From: an uncultured delta proteobacterium
Lineage (GTDB): Bacteria > Myxococcota_A > Polyangia > Haliangiales > Haliangiaceae
Assembly (NCBI GenBank): GCA_963848295.1
Contig: CAWKDB010000011.1
Coordinates: 400,963-464,962, forward strand
DNA length: 64,000 bases
Reading direction: 5' to 3'
Both the position numbers and the translations under genes were made by a program. Under the pieces are notes generated by a model. The model saw only the letters and a program-made list of their open reading frames with translations. It ran no database searches and was not told the origin of the DNA. Of this stretch, positions 51,520-64,000 are shown piece after piece. Each line of letters starts with the position of its first letter. Position 1 is the first letter of the stretch.

Positions 51520-51972
51520 ATGTGGTGGAAGCGCGTCCGTTACGTCCTCGCGCTCACCGCGCTGTGCGCGATCGCGACCTGCCCCGCCGCGAAGCGCGCG
51601 TGCGTCGCCGAGCGTCGCGCGCAGGAGGCTGATGATCTGCTCGACTACCTCGGCGATCGCGTCGCCGAGACCGTGCAGCTCACCGGCAAGGTGCCGCCGC
51701 TCGCCGCGGGCCCATCGCCGCAGACGTCGTGCTGCGACCAAGGCGGCGCGTGTAGCCCCGACGCGTCGACCTTCGCGACGCCCGCGTGGCGCGCGCTGCG
51801 GTTCTCGATCGACAATGACTATCGCTACACCTATTCGTATGCGCCGGATCCGGATGGCAGCTCGGCGGTGCTGCGGGCGACCGGGGATCTCGATTGCGAC
51901 GGCACGCCCGCGCACGTCGAATTACGGATCACGGTGAACGGCACCCAGGTCGAACGAACCTGGACGCGGTGA
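51520..51972 (+). CDS. Hypothetical secreted protein, pilin-like C-terminal pattern
   Basis: Starts immediately after the CCP stop. Hydrophobic N-terminus. The GDLDCDG segment resembles pilin-type folds, but only loosely. Confidence 0.4.
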   Translation: MWWKRVRYVLALTALCAIATCPAAKRACVAERRAQEADDLLDYLGDRVAETVQLTGKVPPLAAGPSPQTSCCDQGGACSPDASTFATPAWRALRFSIDNDYRYTYSYAPDPDGSSAVLRATGDLDCDGTPAHVELRITVNGTQVERTWTR

Positions 51973-51984
51973 TAGATTCACCGC

Positions 51985-52410
51985 ATGCGTCGCATGCTGT
52001 TGATCTCGCTGCTCGCCGTTGGCTTCACCGCGTGCGGTAAAAACAACCAACCACCACCGCCGACCAGCGGCATCCCGGGGGCGCAACCCGAGTCCGGCCC
52101 GCGCCACAAGCGCTCCGGCGCCGCGATCGCGGCCGATCTGTTCTCGAGCTCGTGCGCCCTGTGCCACGGCGCGACCGGCCACGGCGACGGCCAGATGGCC
52201 GCCAACCTCGATCCGAAGCCGCGCAACTACTCCGACCCCGCGTGGCAAGCGTCGGTGACCGACGACGACATCAAGAAGATCATCCTCGAGGGCGGCGCCG
52301 CGGTCGGCAAGAGCAAGATGATGCCGGGTCAGCCGTCGCTCGCGAAGGAGCCCGACGTGCTCGACGGCTTGGTCAAGATCATCCGCGGCTTCGCCAAGCC
52401 GGCGCAGTGA
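51985..52410 (+). CDS. Mono-haem c-type cytochrome lipoprotein
   Basis: Lipobox FTACG, CALCH haem motif and a distal Met in KSKMMPG. Confidence 0.75.
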   Translation: MRRMLLISLLAVGFTACGKNNQPPPPTSGIPGAQPESGPRHKRSGAAIAADLFSSSCALCHGATGHGDGQMAANLDPKPRNYSDPAWQASVTDDDIKKIILEGGAAVGKSKMMPGQPSLAKEPDVLDGLVKIIRGFAKPAQ

Positions 52411-54005
52411 CCCGCGCGATCGTCACGAGCCCGGACGGCCAGTGGGCTGCCGTGCGCCGGGATCGCGTGATCGCGTTGCACGCGGCTGGCGCTGGCCCGG
52501 CGGTCGGTCGGCTCGAGCTGACGAGCGATGACGCCGAGCTCGCGATGGTCGGCCCGCCGAACGTGCTCGCCGTCCTCACCCGCGCGGCCGACAAGGCGAC
52601 GCTCACGCTGCACGAACCGCCGTTCCTCGAGGAGGTCGCGAGCCTGGAGCTCGAGCGCGCGGCGCGGCTCGTCGCGGTGACCGGCACGCGGCTCGCGATC
52701 GCGCCGCCTCACGCGACCGCGGTGAAGATCGTGCGGGCGGCCGGGCGCACCATCGCCTCGCAGGTGCTCGAGCTGGGCTCGACGTTCGAGCTCGCGGTCG
52801 GCCTCGACAAGAACCAGGTGTTGTTCTCGCTGCCGCGCAAGCTCGAGGTGTGGGACGCGGTGTTCGGTCGACCGCTGTTGCGACCGCAGCTGCAACTGCC
52901 ACCGCCGCCGCGTACGATCGGCGCCGCGGCCGGTCATCTGTGGGCGGCCCGCCCGGGCAGCGATGAGGTGTTCGTCTATCGCTTGTCGGATGGGCGACCG
53001 TTCCGTCACCTCGCCGGCTCTCCGGTCGAGGACGTGATCAGTCATCCAGCGTCGCCGGTGGTCGTGCTCGTCACGGCGCGCGGCCTCGTCCGCCTGCAGT
53101 GCTACGCCCACAGCCTTCAGCGGCTCGACGACGCCCCGTGGCGCCCGGGCACGGCGCTCGCACAGCTCGTGGTCGGCGACGACACCAGCCTGCTCGGCAT
53201 CGCGGCGGACGATGTCGACGGCGAGCCCTGGCGACTCGCGATCCGCGGGGTCGGCGCGCCCGCAACGGCCGAGCTCGCCGAGGCGGTCCCCGCGGTCAGC
53301 GAGCCGACCGGAGCGGACAAGCTGGACGCGATGCGCAGCCGCGGGACCAGCGCACCGGCGCGCGCGATCTGGCGCGAGGCTCTCGTCGGGTACGGCCAGG
53401 AGCTCGCGCGGGCCGGCGGTGGCGCGAGCACGCACCTCGGCGCGAACGATGTCCCGCTCGTGGCGGTCGACACCGAGCTCGGCCAGCTATCCGAGCGGCT
53501 CACGCTCGGGGCTGCCGGGCGGCGCGCGTTGCTCGCGTTATACGCGTCGTACCTCGTTGGGGAGCCGCGGCTGACGATCGCGAAGCTGGCGCGCGTGGCC
53601 AGCGACTGGGCGGAGCCGCTCGGCCAAGGCGAGCTCGCCACCCACGCGCTGATCGAGCGCGACGGGGGCTGGGTCGCGCTGCACCGGGCGGTCTCGAACC
53701 TGCTCGATGGTGCGGCGCCACGCGCGATCCGGATCGTCGGCGGCGCACCGACCACGCCGCGCGCCGGACTGTTCCGCGTCGCGCGCGACGCCGCGAGCGA
53801 ACCACAGCTCGTGAGTCAGCTCGGGCGGATCGCAGTGATCGACGGTGACCTCGAGACCGCGATCGTCGAAGCGCGAATCCACGGCGCCACGGCGGTCGCG
53901 CTCGATCCCCCGGCGCGAGCACCGCACCTGCCTGCCGGCGCCGGCCTCGTCATCGTCGCCGATGGCGACCTGCCCCGCTGGCTCGCCGCCGTGCCGCCGC
54001 TATAG
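52407..54005 (+). CDS. Hypothetical protein (532 aa), possibly propeller-like in the N-terminal half
   Basis: GTG 52407 overlaps the upstream TGA (GTGA). No family recognised. Confidence 0.45.
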   Translation: MTRAIVTSPDGQWAAVRRDRVIALHAAGAGPAVGRLELTSDDAELAMVGPPNVLAVLTRAADKATLTLHEPPFLEEVASLELERAARLVAVTGTRLAIAPPHATAVKIVRAAGRTIASQVLELGSTFELAVGLDKNQVLFSLPRKLEVWDAVFGRPLLRPQLQLPPPPRTIGAAAGHLWAARPGSDEVFVYRLSDGRPFRHLAGSPVEDVISHPASPVVVLVTARGLVRLQCYAHSLQRLDDAPWRPGTALAQLVVGDDTSLLGIAADDVDGEPWRLAIRGVGAPATAELAEAVPAVSEPTGADKLDAMRSRGTSAPARAIWREALVGYGQELARAGGGASTHLGANDVPLVAVDTELGQLSERLTLGAAGRRALLALYASYLVGEPRLTIAKLARVASDWAEPLGQGELATHALIERDGGWVALHRAVSNLLDGAAPRAIRIVGGAPTTPRAGLFRVARDAASEPQLVSQLGRIAVIDGDLETAIVEARIHGATAVALDPPARAPHLPAGAGLVIVADGDLPRWLAAVPPL

Positions 54006-54704
54006 CTTGGTCACGACCGCGGACTTGTTCGTCGCCTTCTCGAGCTCCGTCTTCGCGTCGTTCGCCGCGTCGAGCGTGCGGTACGAGCCGACTCGGATCC
54101 GATAGTACTGCTTGCCGTCGACTTCGCCTGGCGTCACGTACGCCTGTACCCCGCCGGCGTTGACCGATGACAAGAACGCTTCGGCCTCGCTCTTGTCCTG
54201 GAACGACGACAGCTGGAGCGTGAACTTGCCCTTCGGCTTGTCGGCTTTGTCGGCTTTGTCGGCTTTGTCGGCTTTGTCGGCTTTGTCGGCTTTGTCGGCT
54301 TTGTCGGCTGGCTTGTCCGCCACCTTGTCGGCTGGCTTGTCGGTCGGCTTGTCCGCCGCCTTGTCCGGCGCCGGCTTACTCTGCTTGTCCGGCTTGGCGA
54401 CCGCCCGCGCCTTCTCGAGCTCGGCGATCGTCTTCTCGACGTCGCCGCCGTTCGCGTCCGCGCCGGTCAGCGCGCCGCGAAACGACAGCCCACCGTTGCC
54501 CTCGAGTCGATCGAGCGCGGTCAGCGGATCGACGGTGGCTCGAGTCTGGGCGCGATCGAGGTGGCCGCGCGCCTCGACCCGCCGGCCGACCATCACCCCG
54601 AGCACGAATACCAGGCCGACGATCACGGAGCCGCCGAAGAACAAATAGAAGATCTGGCGACCGTCGAGACTGACCTCGATCTTGTCCTTGTACGCCTCGG
54701 TCAT
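54000..54704 (-). CDS. SPOR-domain (peptidoglycan-binding) membrane protein
   Basis: N-terminal TM, an (ADK/PADK)n linker, and a C-terminal FTLQLSSFQDKSEAEAFL..YYRIRVGSY SPOR pattern. Confidence 0.75.
   Translation of the reverse strand: MTEAYKDKIEVSLDGRQIFYLFFGGSVIVGLVFVLGVMVGRRVEARGHLDRAQTRATVDPLTALDRLEGNGGLSFRGALTGADANGGDVEKTIAELEKARAVAKPDKQSKPAPDKAADKPTDKPADKVADKPADKADKADKADKADKADKADKADKPKGKFTLQLSSFQDKSEAEAFLSSVNAGGVQAYVTPGEVDGKQYYRIRVGSYRTLDAANDAKTELEKATNKSAVVTKL
54232..54310. repeat. 9-nt in-frame tandem repeat (TCGGCTTTG x7) encoding (ADK)n in the SPOR protein linker
   Basis: Read directly. Confidence 0.9.
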
Positions 54705-54748
54705 GCCTCCACCGTCCGTGCTTGCGGACCGCAGGGCAATTTTTTTGC

Positions 54749-57700
54749 CTACTCCATGATGTTGATGATCGATAACGCGATGGTCTCGATGCGGAACAAC
54801 TTGCCTTCGGTCGAAGGCAGGGTGACGTCGGTCGAGATGTAGTCGCCATCGTCGATCACCCAGATGCTCTCGCTCGGGCCGCGCACGACCTTGATCGGAA
54901 AGGCAGGTGCGATCGCGAGCGTGAGCGGCAGGAAGCCAGCGGTCTGGCGGAACGACAGCGAGTAGCCGTCCGGGACCATCGGCACGTCGTCGAGGCCACC
55001 CGCGCGATCGCCGAGGCAGCGCGCGTCGCCGGGATAGGTCGGATCGACGAGCGTCAGCGTCATGCCGCGGTTATGAAAGCGCAGCGCCGGAGCCGCGCGG
55101 GTCTGCAACATCGCGCTGGGGCCGGCGCAGGTCGTCGGCTGGAACTGATTGTCGACCTCGAACTGGTTCGTGGTGAGCGAGCACGGGTTCGCGTCGTACG
55201 TCCCGTCGCCCTTGAGCCCGGTGCGCGGATCCGCGTTCGGATCGCAGGCAGGTGCGCTCAACGGGATGCGGCCGACCTGGAACGGGCTCGCGGTCGGATC
55301 GGTCACGCAGTTGCCAGCGGCATCCGCGATGATCGGGTGGATGAACCCGGACTGCGTCCCGGTCACGGTGAACGCTTCGCTCGCGCGCAGCTCGAAGCGC
55401 TGCGACGAGTTCACGCAGGACTGCGGAGGCTCGATGCCTTCCATGCACGAGCCGTTCTGACAGACCGTGCCCGCATCACAATCGGTGTCGGTCGCGCACG
55501 CCTCGATGCAGCGGCGCAGCGGGTCGCCGTCGGGGCCGATGCCCGGCTTGCGATTCGCGTCGGCCTGGCACGCCCAGGTGTGCGTGTCCGGCGCGGTCGT
55601 GTCATCGACCGGATCGACCGAGCTGTTGTTCTGCAGGGCGTAGTCCGCGAGCATCTGGCACTGCGCGTCGCTCGTACAGCCGTCGAGCGGCGACGTCCGC
55701 AGCACGTGGGTCCGCGGCAGCAGCACGAGCTCGCCGGTCGTCGCGTGACCGACCGTGTAGCGGCGCAACGAGATCAGGAACTCTTTGCATGCATCGGCGA
55801 GCCGATCGGCTTCGTAGGACAGCATGCACGCGCCGAGGTTCGTGATCTGGCTATCGGGATGGACGTAGCACGTGTAGCCGAGCGGACAGTCGCTGTCGCC
55901 GAGCGTCGGATCGCAGCCGCGGAACTGCACGATGTCGTACGGCTCGACGCCGGTCGAGCAGAACGGGCCCGACGGATCCGAAAGCTCCATGCCGTCGCTC
56001 GTGACGAACATCTGCGCCTCGCGGATCGGCGGGCCGTTCGCCGCAGTGTCGATCGTGTCGCCCGAGAGATCGCCTTGATAGGTCAGGGTCCAGGTCTCGT
56101 CACTGCGCAGCCCGCGGAGATCCGGGAACTCGAGGTCGCGGACCGCGACCGGCGCGGAGAACATCAGCTCGGAGATCGGCGTGCCGTTCGGCGCATCGAT
56201 CTCGCTCTGACACTCCACGGTCCGGATCGACGGCAGCTCGCCGCTCTTCGCGTTCGATACGTAGCCAGCGGGCAGCGTCGCGGCCGGCGCGACCGGGGTT
56301 CGCGGACCGCCGGTGTTGCCGGTCGACGCGTCGGGATCGGGACCGGCGTTGTCACACACTTGAACCTGCGCGCAGCTCGACCCGGTGCAGCTCGGGTCCT
56401 GCTCGGTGGACAACAGGCCGCGCTGTTGGATGCCATCGCGGAGCTGGTGCGCGAGCGTCTGCGACATCGGGGTCGATAGTGGTGCGCTCTGGTTCTTGTA
56501 GTCGGCGAAGTCGTCATCGTCGATGTTGACGATGTACGAGGCGCCATCGGCCGACGTGACCACCGCGAAGTAGCCGACCAGCTTGGTCGGGCAGTAGGAC
56601 GGATCGGCGCAGTCGGCGGCGCGCGTGTCGTCGGGATAGGTATCGACCTTGAACGCCGCGACCGAGGTCGGCGTCGCGTGTCCGACCAGCTCGATGCCGG
56701 GTCCGCGAGCCCCGGGGCGGCGAGCCGGCGTCGCCGGATCACCGACCGGGAAACACGACAGCTGCTTGACGTCCTGATCGCTGTCGATCAACCGCGGATC
56801 GACCTGGGTGTCGCATTCCTTGCGCAGCGACAAGATGTCCGCGACACGCACGGTGTTGTCGGTCGCGATCGCGTAGACGAACTGGAACTGGCCACCCTTG
56901 GCCGAGTCATCGTTGATCGAGCCGTCGCTGCCGCCCATGCCGATCTGCGGCGTGATCGCGAGGTTCGTGATGCCGATCGGTGACGTCGGGTCTTGGCTCG
57001 AGTACGCGATCTGCGACAGCGACGCCGGCAGGTTGTTGATGTCGAGCTCGACGAGCGTGACCGCATTCGAGTTCGGCGCCCCGATCGCGAGTAACCGCCG
57101 GCTGCTGTTCGGATCGAGCTGGAGATCGAGCGAGGATGGCTCGATGCCGGCGGTCGTCACGCCACCACCGCACTCGTCCGGGCACGACAGCGTGCTGACG
57201 TCCGGGATGATCGACGGCACGCCCGAGCTGTCGTACGAGATTCCTGCCTTGACGACGCCGCTCGACAGATCGACCGCGGCGACCAGGTGGCAGCGCGGAT
57301 ACGCGACGTAGACGAGGCCGGTCGCGGTCGCCGGGCACTGCACGCCGATCGTGCCGGTCGCCGGCGTGCCGATGATCGCGCTCGGCTTCGCGCGCAGCGC
57401 TTGGCCGCTCGAGTTCATCACGGTCAGCTGCGAGACGTTGACCGCGGGATCGGCATCCAGCGCCGACGTGATGTCGAGCGTCGACATGTCGCACGTGCCG
57501 GCGTTCGCGCTCGCGAGGTAGCAGCCGATCGGATCGGTGGCGATGCCGACCGGTAGCTCGCCGATCGCGATGCCGCTCTTGCCCGGGGTCAGCGGATCCG
57601 GATCTTGAACCGTGATGTCACCGCCGGTGAACTCCAGCGCCGGCTTGGTCAACCAGCTCACGATGCCGACCGTGCCCGGCTCGGACTGCAGGACGAACCC

Positions 57701-58030
57701 GTACCACTGCACCGCGGGCAGCGGCAGGCCCATCATCGCGGTGAGATCCTCTTGCCCGGGCGGCACAGGCGCGGCCGAGCCTTCATCGATCGGTCCGGAG
57801 CGAATGTCGCACGCCTGGTAGGGCTGGGCCGATGACACGATGGTCTGGTCGACGGTCGCCGCGCCGCCGTTCGTGATGCGCAAGCCGCCGTAGCACGCGA
57901 ACGCGACGTCGATCGGCCGGTTGAAGTCGAGCTGACTCGGCGCCAGATCGGTCGTGTCATCGCACGACGCGGCTACGACCGCGGTCGTCGCGACCGCCAC
58001 CACGATCGAGGCATGCACGATCCGTCTCAT
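54749..58030 (-). CDS. Large (1093 aa) Cys-rich lipoprotein, function unknown
   Basis: Start trimmed to ATG 58030 (MRRIVHASIVVAVATTAVVAASCDD), which overlaps the upstream TGA. Confidence 0.6.
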   Translation of the reverse strand: MRRIVHASIVVAVATTAVVAASCDDTTDLAPSQLDFNRPIDVAFACYGGLRITNGGAATVDQTIVSSAQPYQACDIRSGPIDEGSAAPVPPGQEDLTAMMGLPLPAVQWYGFVLQSEPGTVGIVSWLTKPALEFTGGDITVQDPDPLTPGKSGIAIGELPVGIATDPIGCYLASANAGTCDMSTLDITSALDADPAVNVSQLTVMNSSGQALRAKPSAIIGTPATGTIGVQCPATATGLVYVAYPRCHLVAAVDLSSGVVKAGISYDSSGVPSIIPDVSTLSCPDECGGGVTTAGIEPSSLDLQLDPNSSRRLLAIGAPNSNAVTLVELDINNLPASLSQIAYSSQDPTSPIGITNLAITPQIGMGGSDGSINDDSAKGGQFQFVYAIATDNTVRVADILSLRKECDTQVDPRLIDSDQDVKQLSCFPVGDPATPARRPGARGPGIELVGHATPTSVAAFKVDTYPDDTRAADCADPSYCPTKLVGYFAVVTSADGASYIVNIDDDDFADYKNQSAPLSTPMSQTLAHQLRDGIQQRGLLSTEQDPSCTGSSCAQVQVCDNAGPDPDASTGNTGGPRTPVAPAATLPAGYVSNAKSGELPSIRTVECQSEIDAPNGTPISELMFSAPVAVRDLEFPDLRGLRSDETWTLTYQGDLSGDTIDTAANGPPIREAQMFVTSDGMELSDPSGPFCSTGVEPYDIVQFRGCDPTLGDSDCPLGYTCYVHPDSQITNLGACMLSYEADRLADACKEFLISLRRYTVGHATTGELVLLPRTHVLRTSPLDGCTSDAQCQMLADYALQNNSSVDPVDDTTAPDTHTWACQADANRKPGIGPDGDPLRRCIEACATDTDCDAGTVCQNGSCMEGIEPPQSCVNSSQRFELRASEAFTVTGTQSGFIHPIIADAAGNCVTDPTASPFQVGRIPLSAPACDPNADPRTGLKGDGTYDANPCSLTTNQFEVDNQFQPTTCAGPSAMLQTRAAPALRFHNRGMTLTLVDPTYPGDARCLGDRAGGLDDVPMVPDGYSLSFRQTAGFLPLTLAIAPAFPIKVVRGPSESIWVIDDGDYISTDVTLPSTEGKLFRIETIALSIINIME

Positions 58031-59388
58031 AGCGTCGTCCCCGTATCCGGAGGCAGCGGGATGCCGATGCGCAACACGACATGATCGCGGAGCGGCGACG
58101 TCGGCGACACGTCGATCACCGCGATCGTATCTTCGAGGAAGTTCGTCACGTAGATCTTCTTGCGAGTCGGTGCCGCCGTGATCGCGTACGGCCCGCGACC
58201 GACCGTGATGATGTCGATCACCGACGATAGCCCGGTCGGGTCGATGACGTAGACCTGGCCGTCTTGGAAGCACGTCGCGTACACGCGATCGCCATCCCCG
58301 GCGTCGAGGATGGTGAGCGTCGACCCGTTGCGGCAGATATCGGTGGCGGCGGTCAGGGCGTTCTCGGGGTAACCGCTCGGGCCGGGCGAGGTGTCGATGG
58401 TCTGCAAGCTCGCCGGGTTGCGGTTGATCATGAACAGCTTGCTGCCATCACTGTTGAACTTCATGCCGCGGGTATCGTTCGACGTGCCCGCGTTTTCGCC
58501 GACCGCGTCGAGAAAGAAGTAGTCGCCCGGGATGAGATATGGAGCGGCGTCGTTGAGCGGGTGCCCGACGGTAAATGTCTGGATCCGATTGTCGTTCGCG
58601 CTGCCGACGTAGACGATGTCGTTGTCGCCGCCCGACGTGCGTCCGGCGACACCAGACGAGCTGAGCAGGCCCGTCGTCATGTCGGGCTGGAAGTAGCCGC
58701 TCGCGATGTCGGCGATCGTCGCGGTGCCGCCGGCCGGCGAGTCGATCAGCGTGACGTCGCCGGTCGACAGGCTGGTGACGACCGCGAACTGGCCGAGCGA
58801 GTCGGCGTACGCGTTGAACGGCTCCGGCGGGAGCTCGCCGATGTTCGGGTTGTTCTGGACGTAGGTCAGGCGATGGGCGTCATCGCACAACGCGAACTGC
58901 GCGTCGCTCGATCCGCACGACAGCTTGCTGCCGTCGTAGTCGGCCCACGCGACCGAGGGATCGCCGCGGGTCGGGATGATCAGCCGCAGCGAGCTCGTGC
59001 CGGTCGCGGCGCCGGTGTCTTGCACCGCGATGTCGGTCGCGAAGTTGCCGACCCGGATGCCGGCGTCGGGCAGCAGGAACCCTTCGCTCGTGTCAGGGCA
59101 GATCAGGGTCTCGGTGAAGTCCTGATCCGGCGAGCAGTCCGACGGGATGATCTGGCTCTGGGTCCACTGATCGGCGATCGAATCGACGATCGACAGGTCG
59201 ATCACGCTGATCGAGCCGGAGTCGTAGGTCAAGTCGGAGTTCGCGTTCGCGACGAACAGCACGGAGTCATCCGGCGCCACCGCGATCCCGGTCGGGAAGA
59301 AGATGTGGTTGTTCGGCGGCTCGACCGCATTTGCCGAGGCGGTGCAGCCGGCCAGCGCGACGCCCGTCAGCAGCACAGCGGTCCTCAT
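58027..59388 (-). CDS. Beta-propeller (YVTN/YncE-like) lipoprotein
   Basis: Start trimmed to ATG 59388 (MRTAVLLTGVALAGCTA). Repeated blades of the type LFVANANSD, YVGSANDNRIQTF, RVYATCFQDGQVYVIDP and KIYVTNFLEDTIAVIDV. Confidence 0.6.
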   Translation of the reverse strand: MRTAVLLTGVALAGCTASANAVEPPNNHIFFPTGIAVAPDDSVLFVANANSDLTYDSGSISVIDLSIVDSIADQWTQSQIIPSDCSPDQDFTETLICPDTSEGFLLPDAGIRVGNFATDIAVQDTGAATGTSSLRLIIPTRGDPSVAWADYDGSKLSCGSSDAQFALCDDAHRLTYVQNNPNIGELPPEPFNAYADSLGQFAVVTSLSTGDVTLIDSPAGGTATIADIASGYFQPDMTTGLLSSSGVAGRTSGGDNDIVYVGSANDNRIQTFTVGHPLNDAAPYLIPGDYFFLDAVGENAGTSNDTRGMKFNSDGSKLFMINRNPASLQTIDTSPGPSGYPENALTAATDICRNGSTLTILDAGDGDRVYATCFQDGQVYVIDPTGLSSVIDIITVGRGPYAITAAPTRKKIYVTNFLEDTIAVIDVSPTSPLRDHVVLRIGIPLPPDTGTTL

Positions 59389-59441
59389 GGCAGCTCGCTT
59401 CGACCGGTCGTGGCCCGGTTTGGTTGCCTGAATGCCCGATC

Positions 59442-62089
<2,648 letters not shown>

Positions 62090-62093
<4 letters not shown>

Positions 62094-64000
62094 GCGGCAC
62101 CGCCGAGCTTGCGGAAGTCGCCGATCGCTTTGTACGGCGAGTAGATCGCGTCGAGCATGCCGAGTCGATTCGCGCGCAACGCCGGATCGGGATCCATGAC
62201 CATGACGCCGCCCTTGTCGAAGAACGCGGACAGCTGTGGGTTGAGCTCCGCGAGGGATTTGATCGCGACCGCGTATTCGTGCGTATCTATCGAGGTGTGG
62301 ACCGCGTCCTGCTTGCTGCGCCACGCAGCCCACAGCTCGCGCTCGGCGGTGGCGACCAGCTTCGCCTCGTCGACGGTCCCGGCGGCATATTTCTTGGCCG
62401 CGGCCTCGTCGAGGATGTTGCCGATCCGTTTGAACGCGACCTTCGTCGCCGAGGGCAGGCTTTGCAGCAGCTCGGCGCGCTTCGCGACATCGCTCGGGTT
62501 GCTCGCATGCATGCCGAGTGCGCAATCGACCGCTTGCGCTTCGAGCCCGCGCTCGTCGACGAGGATCGCGCGCAGGCGTGCGGCGAAGAACTCCGCGAGC
62601 AGCTTGCGCGCGTCGTCCGACAGCCTCAGCGTCGCGTAGCCGGACGCGGCCGTGTCCACGAGACTCGAGGTCTCGAGCTTCAATTGCGGGCGATGCAGCA
62701 GGATCGCGAGCACGCCGACCGCGGCGCGGCGTAGCCCGAGCGGATCGGCGCTGCCGGTCGGCACGAGGCCGGTCGCGAAGCAGCCGACCAGCGTGTCGAC
62801 CCGATCCGCGAGCGCGACGAGCGCGGCATCATCGGTCGTCGGCAGCGCCGCGCCCTGCCCTTTGGGCCACCAGTGCTGCTCGATCGCGTCGGCGACCGCG
62901 GCGGGCTCGCCGGCGAGCCGCGCGTAGTGCTTGCCCATCACGCCTTGCAGCTCGGGGAACTCGCCGACCGCGCTCGACGCGAGGTCCGCCTTGCACAGCT
63001 CGGCCGCGCGGATCGCGGTCGCCGAGCCGCCGAGCCGCTTCACCAGCCCGGCGAGCCGGCGCACCTTGTCGCCGATCGTCTTCGCGCCATCGCCGAGCTT
63101 GGCCTGGAACACGACCCCGTCGAGCTTCGTGTTCCACTCTGCGAACGTGTGCTTGCGATCCTCGGCGAAGAAGAACTTCGCGTCACTGAGCCGCGCCGCG
63201 ATCACCGTCTGGTTGCCGCGCTGGACGACTCTGGGATCCTTGACGATCGTCGCGGTCAGCGTGACGAACCGGTTCGCGAGCACGCCCGCGGCATCTTCGA
63301 GCGCAAAATACCGCTGGTGGTTGCGCATCGCGGTGACGATGATCTCTTCCGGCACCTCGAGGAAGCTCGGATCGAACTCGCCGGCGACCGCGACCGGCCA
63401 TTCGCCGAGGTTCGTGACTTCGTCGAGCAGCGCCGGATCGGGCCGGACGCGCAGCCCGGTCTCGCGCTCGATCCGCGCGAGCTCTTGGCCGATCGCGTCG
63501 CGGCGCTCGGCGGGATCGACGACGACATGCGCCTCGCGCAGCGTCTCGACATAGCGATCGGCGCTCGCGATGTCGATCCAGCCCGACGACAGGAAGCGAT
63601 GGCCGCGCGTCTTGCGACCGGCGGTGTGCCCGGCCCAGTCGAGCGCGACGACCTCGCCGCCGAACAGCGCGACCAGCCACTGCACCGGCCGGACGAACGT
63701 CGTCTCCGACCAGCCCCAGCGCATCACCTTCGGCCAAGGGATCGCGCCGGCGAGCTCGCGCAGGATCGCGGGCAACAGCGTGCGGGTCGGCTCGCCGACG
63801 ACGTTGCGCGTCGCGACGACATACAGGCCCTTCTTGCCGGCGACCTCGCGCTTGTCCAGCGCGGACTCGGCGACGCCGTTCTTCGCGGCGAACCCCTGCC
63901 CGGCCTTGGTCAGCGCACCGTCGGGCGCGAACGCCGCCGACACCGGCGGACCGGTGACCTCTTCGCGCAGGTCGGGCTGGCGATCGGCCAAGCCCCGAAC
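62090..64000 (-). CDS. glyS: Glycine--tRNA ligase beta subunit (5' end beyond the window)
   Basis: ARLSDAKFFFAEDRK block and an anticodon-binding-like C-terminus. The frame is open to the window edge. Confidence 0.8.

Overview
High-GC (roughly 70%) chromosomal window. The gene content looks myxobacterial (inference): many lipoproteins, NtrC-type sigma-54 activators, an FHA regulator, TSP3 and Cys-rich repeat proteins, and an ECF/anti-sigma pair. I call about 55 genes. Because of the GC content, nearly every region carries long spurious ORFs in several frames. I therefore chose frames by recognisable motifs, signal peptides and start/stop coupling (ATGA or GTGA overlaps), and trimmed many N-terminal extensions in the supplied ORF track. 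Layout: (1) 1-6.5 kb holds two coupled SGNH hydrolases, a lipoprotein gene with an in-frame amber stop, an M23 peptidase, an FHA-wHTH regulator, a PAS histidine kinase and MarR. (2) 6.6-23.8 kb holds two adjacent five-gene modules with the same architecture: OMF-MFP-RND efflux operon on the minus strand, diverging from a histidine kinase plus NtrC-family activator on the plus strand. Each module's intergenic region carries sigma-54 type -24/-12 elements pointing both ways around a central inverted repeat. (3) 24-34 kb holds SDR/TetR, secreted and lipoprotein genes, lepB and an M15 peptidase. (4) 34.5-42.3 kb is the most unusual part. It has large perfect microsatellite blocks (6-, 12- and 24-nt units, all built on GGN-NNC hexamers). 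It also has a mirror-image pair of four-helix-bundle (Avd / 23S-IVS-protein family) genes, each preceded by a ~170-nt extended hairpin whose pairing is kept by compensatory changes between the two copies. No reverse transcriptase or CRISPR features are present. (5) 42.3-45.9 kb holds the ECF sigma/anti-sigma pair, with a 175-bp element upstream that has ~39-bp heptamer-containing inverted arms. (6) 45.9-49 kb holds an alpha/beta hydrolase and a bifunctional homocysteine methyltransferase/MTHFR gene, broken by five frameshifts that all shift the frame the same way. (7) 49.4-54 kb is a tightly coupled dipeptidase / cytochrome c peroxidase / pilin-like / cytochrome c / unknown operon. (8) 54-64 kb holds a SPOR protein, two large lipoproteins, ppdK and a partial glyS. 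All domain assignments come from motif recognition by eye, not database searches.
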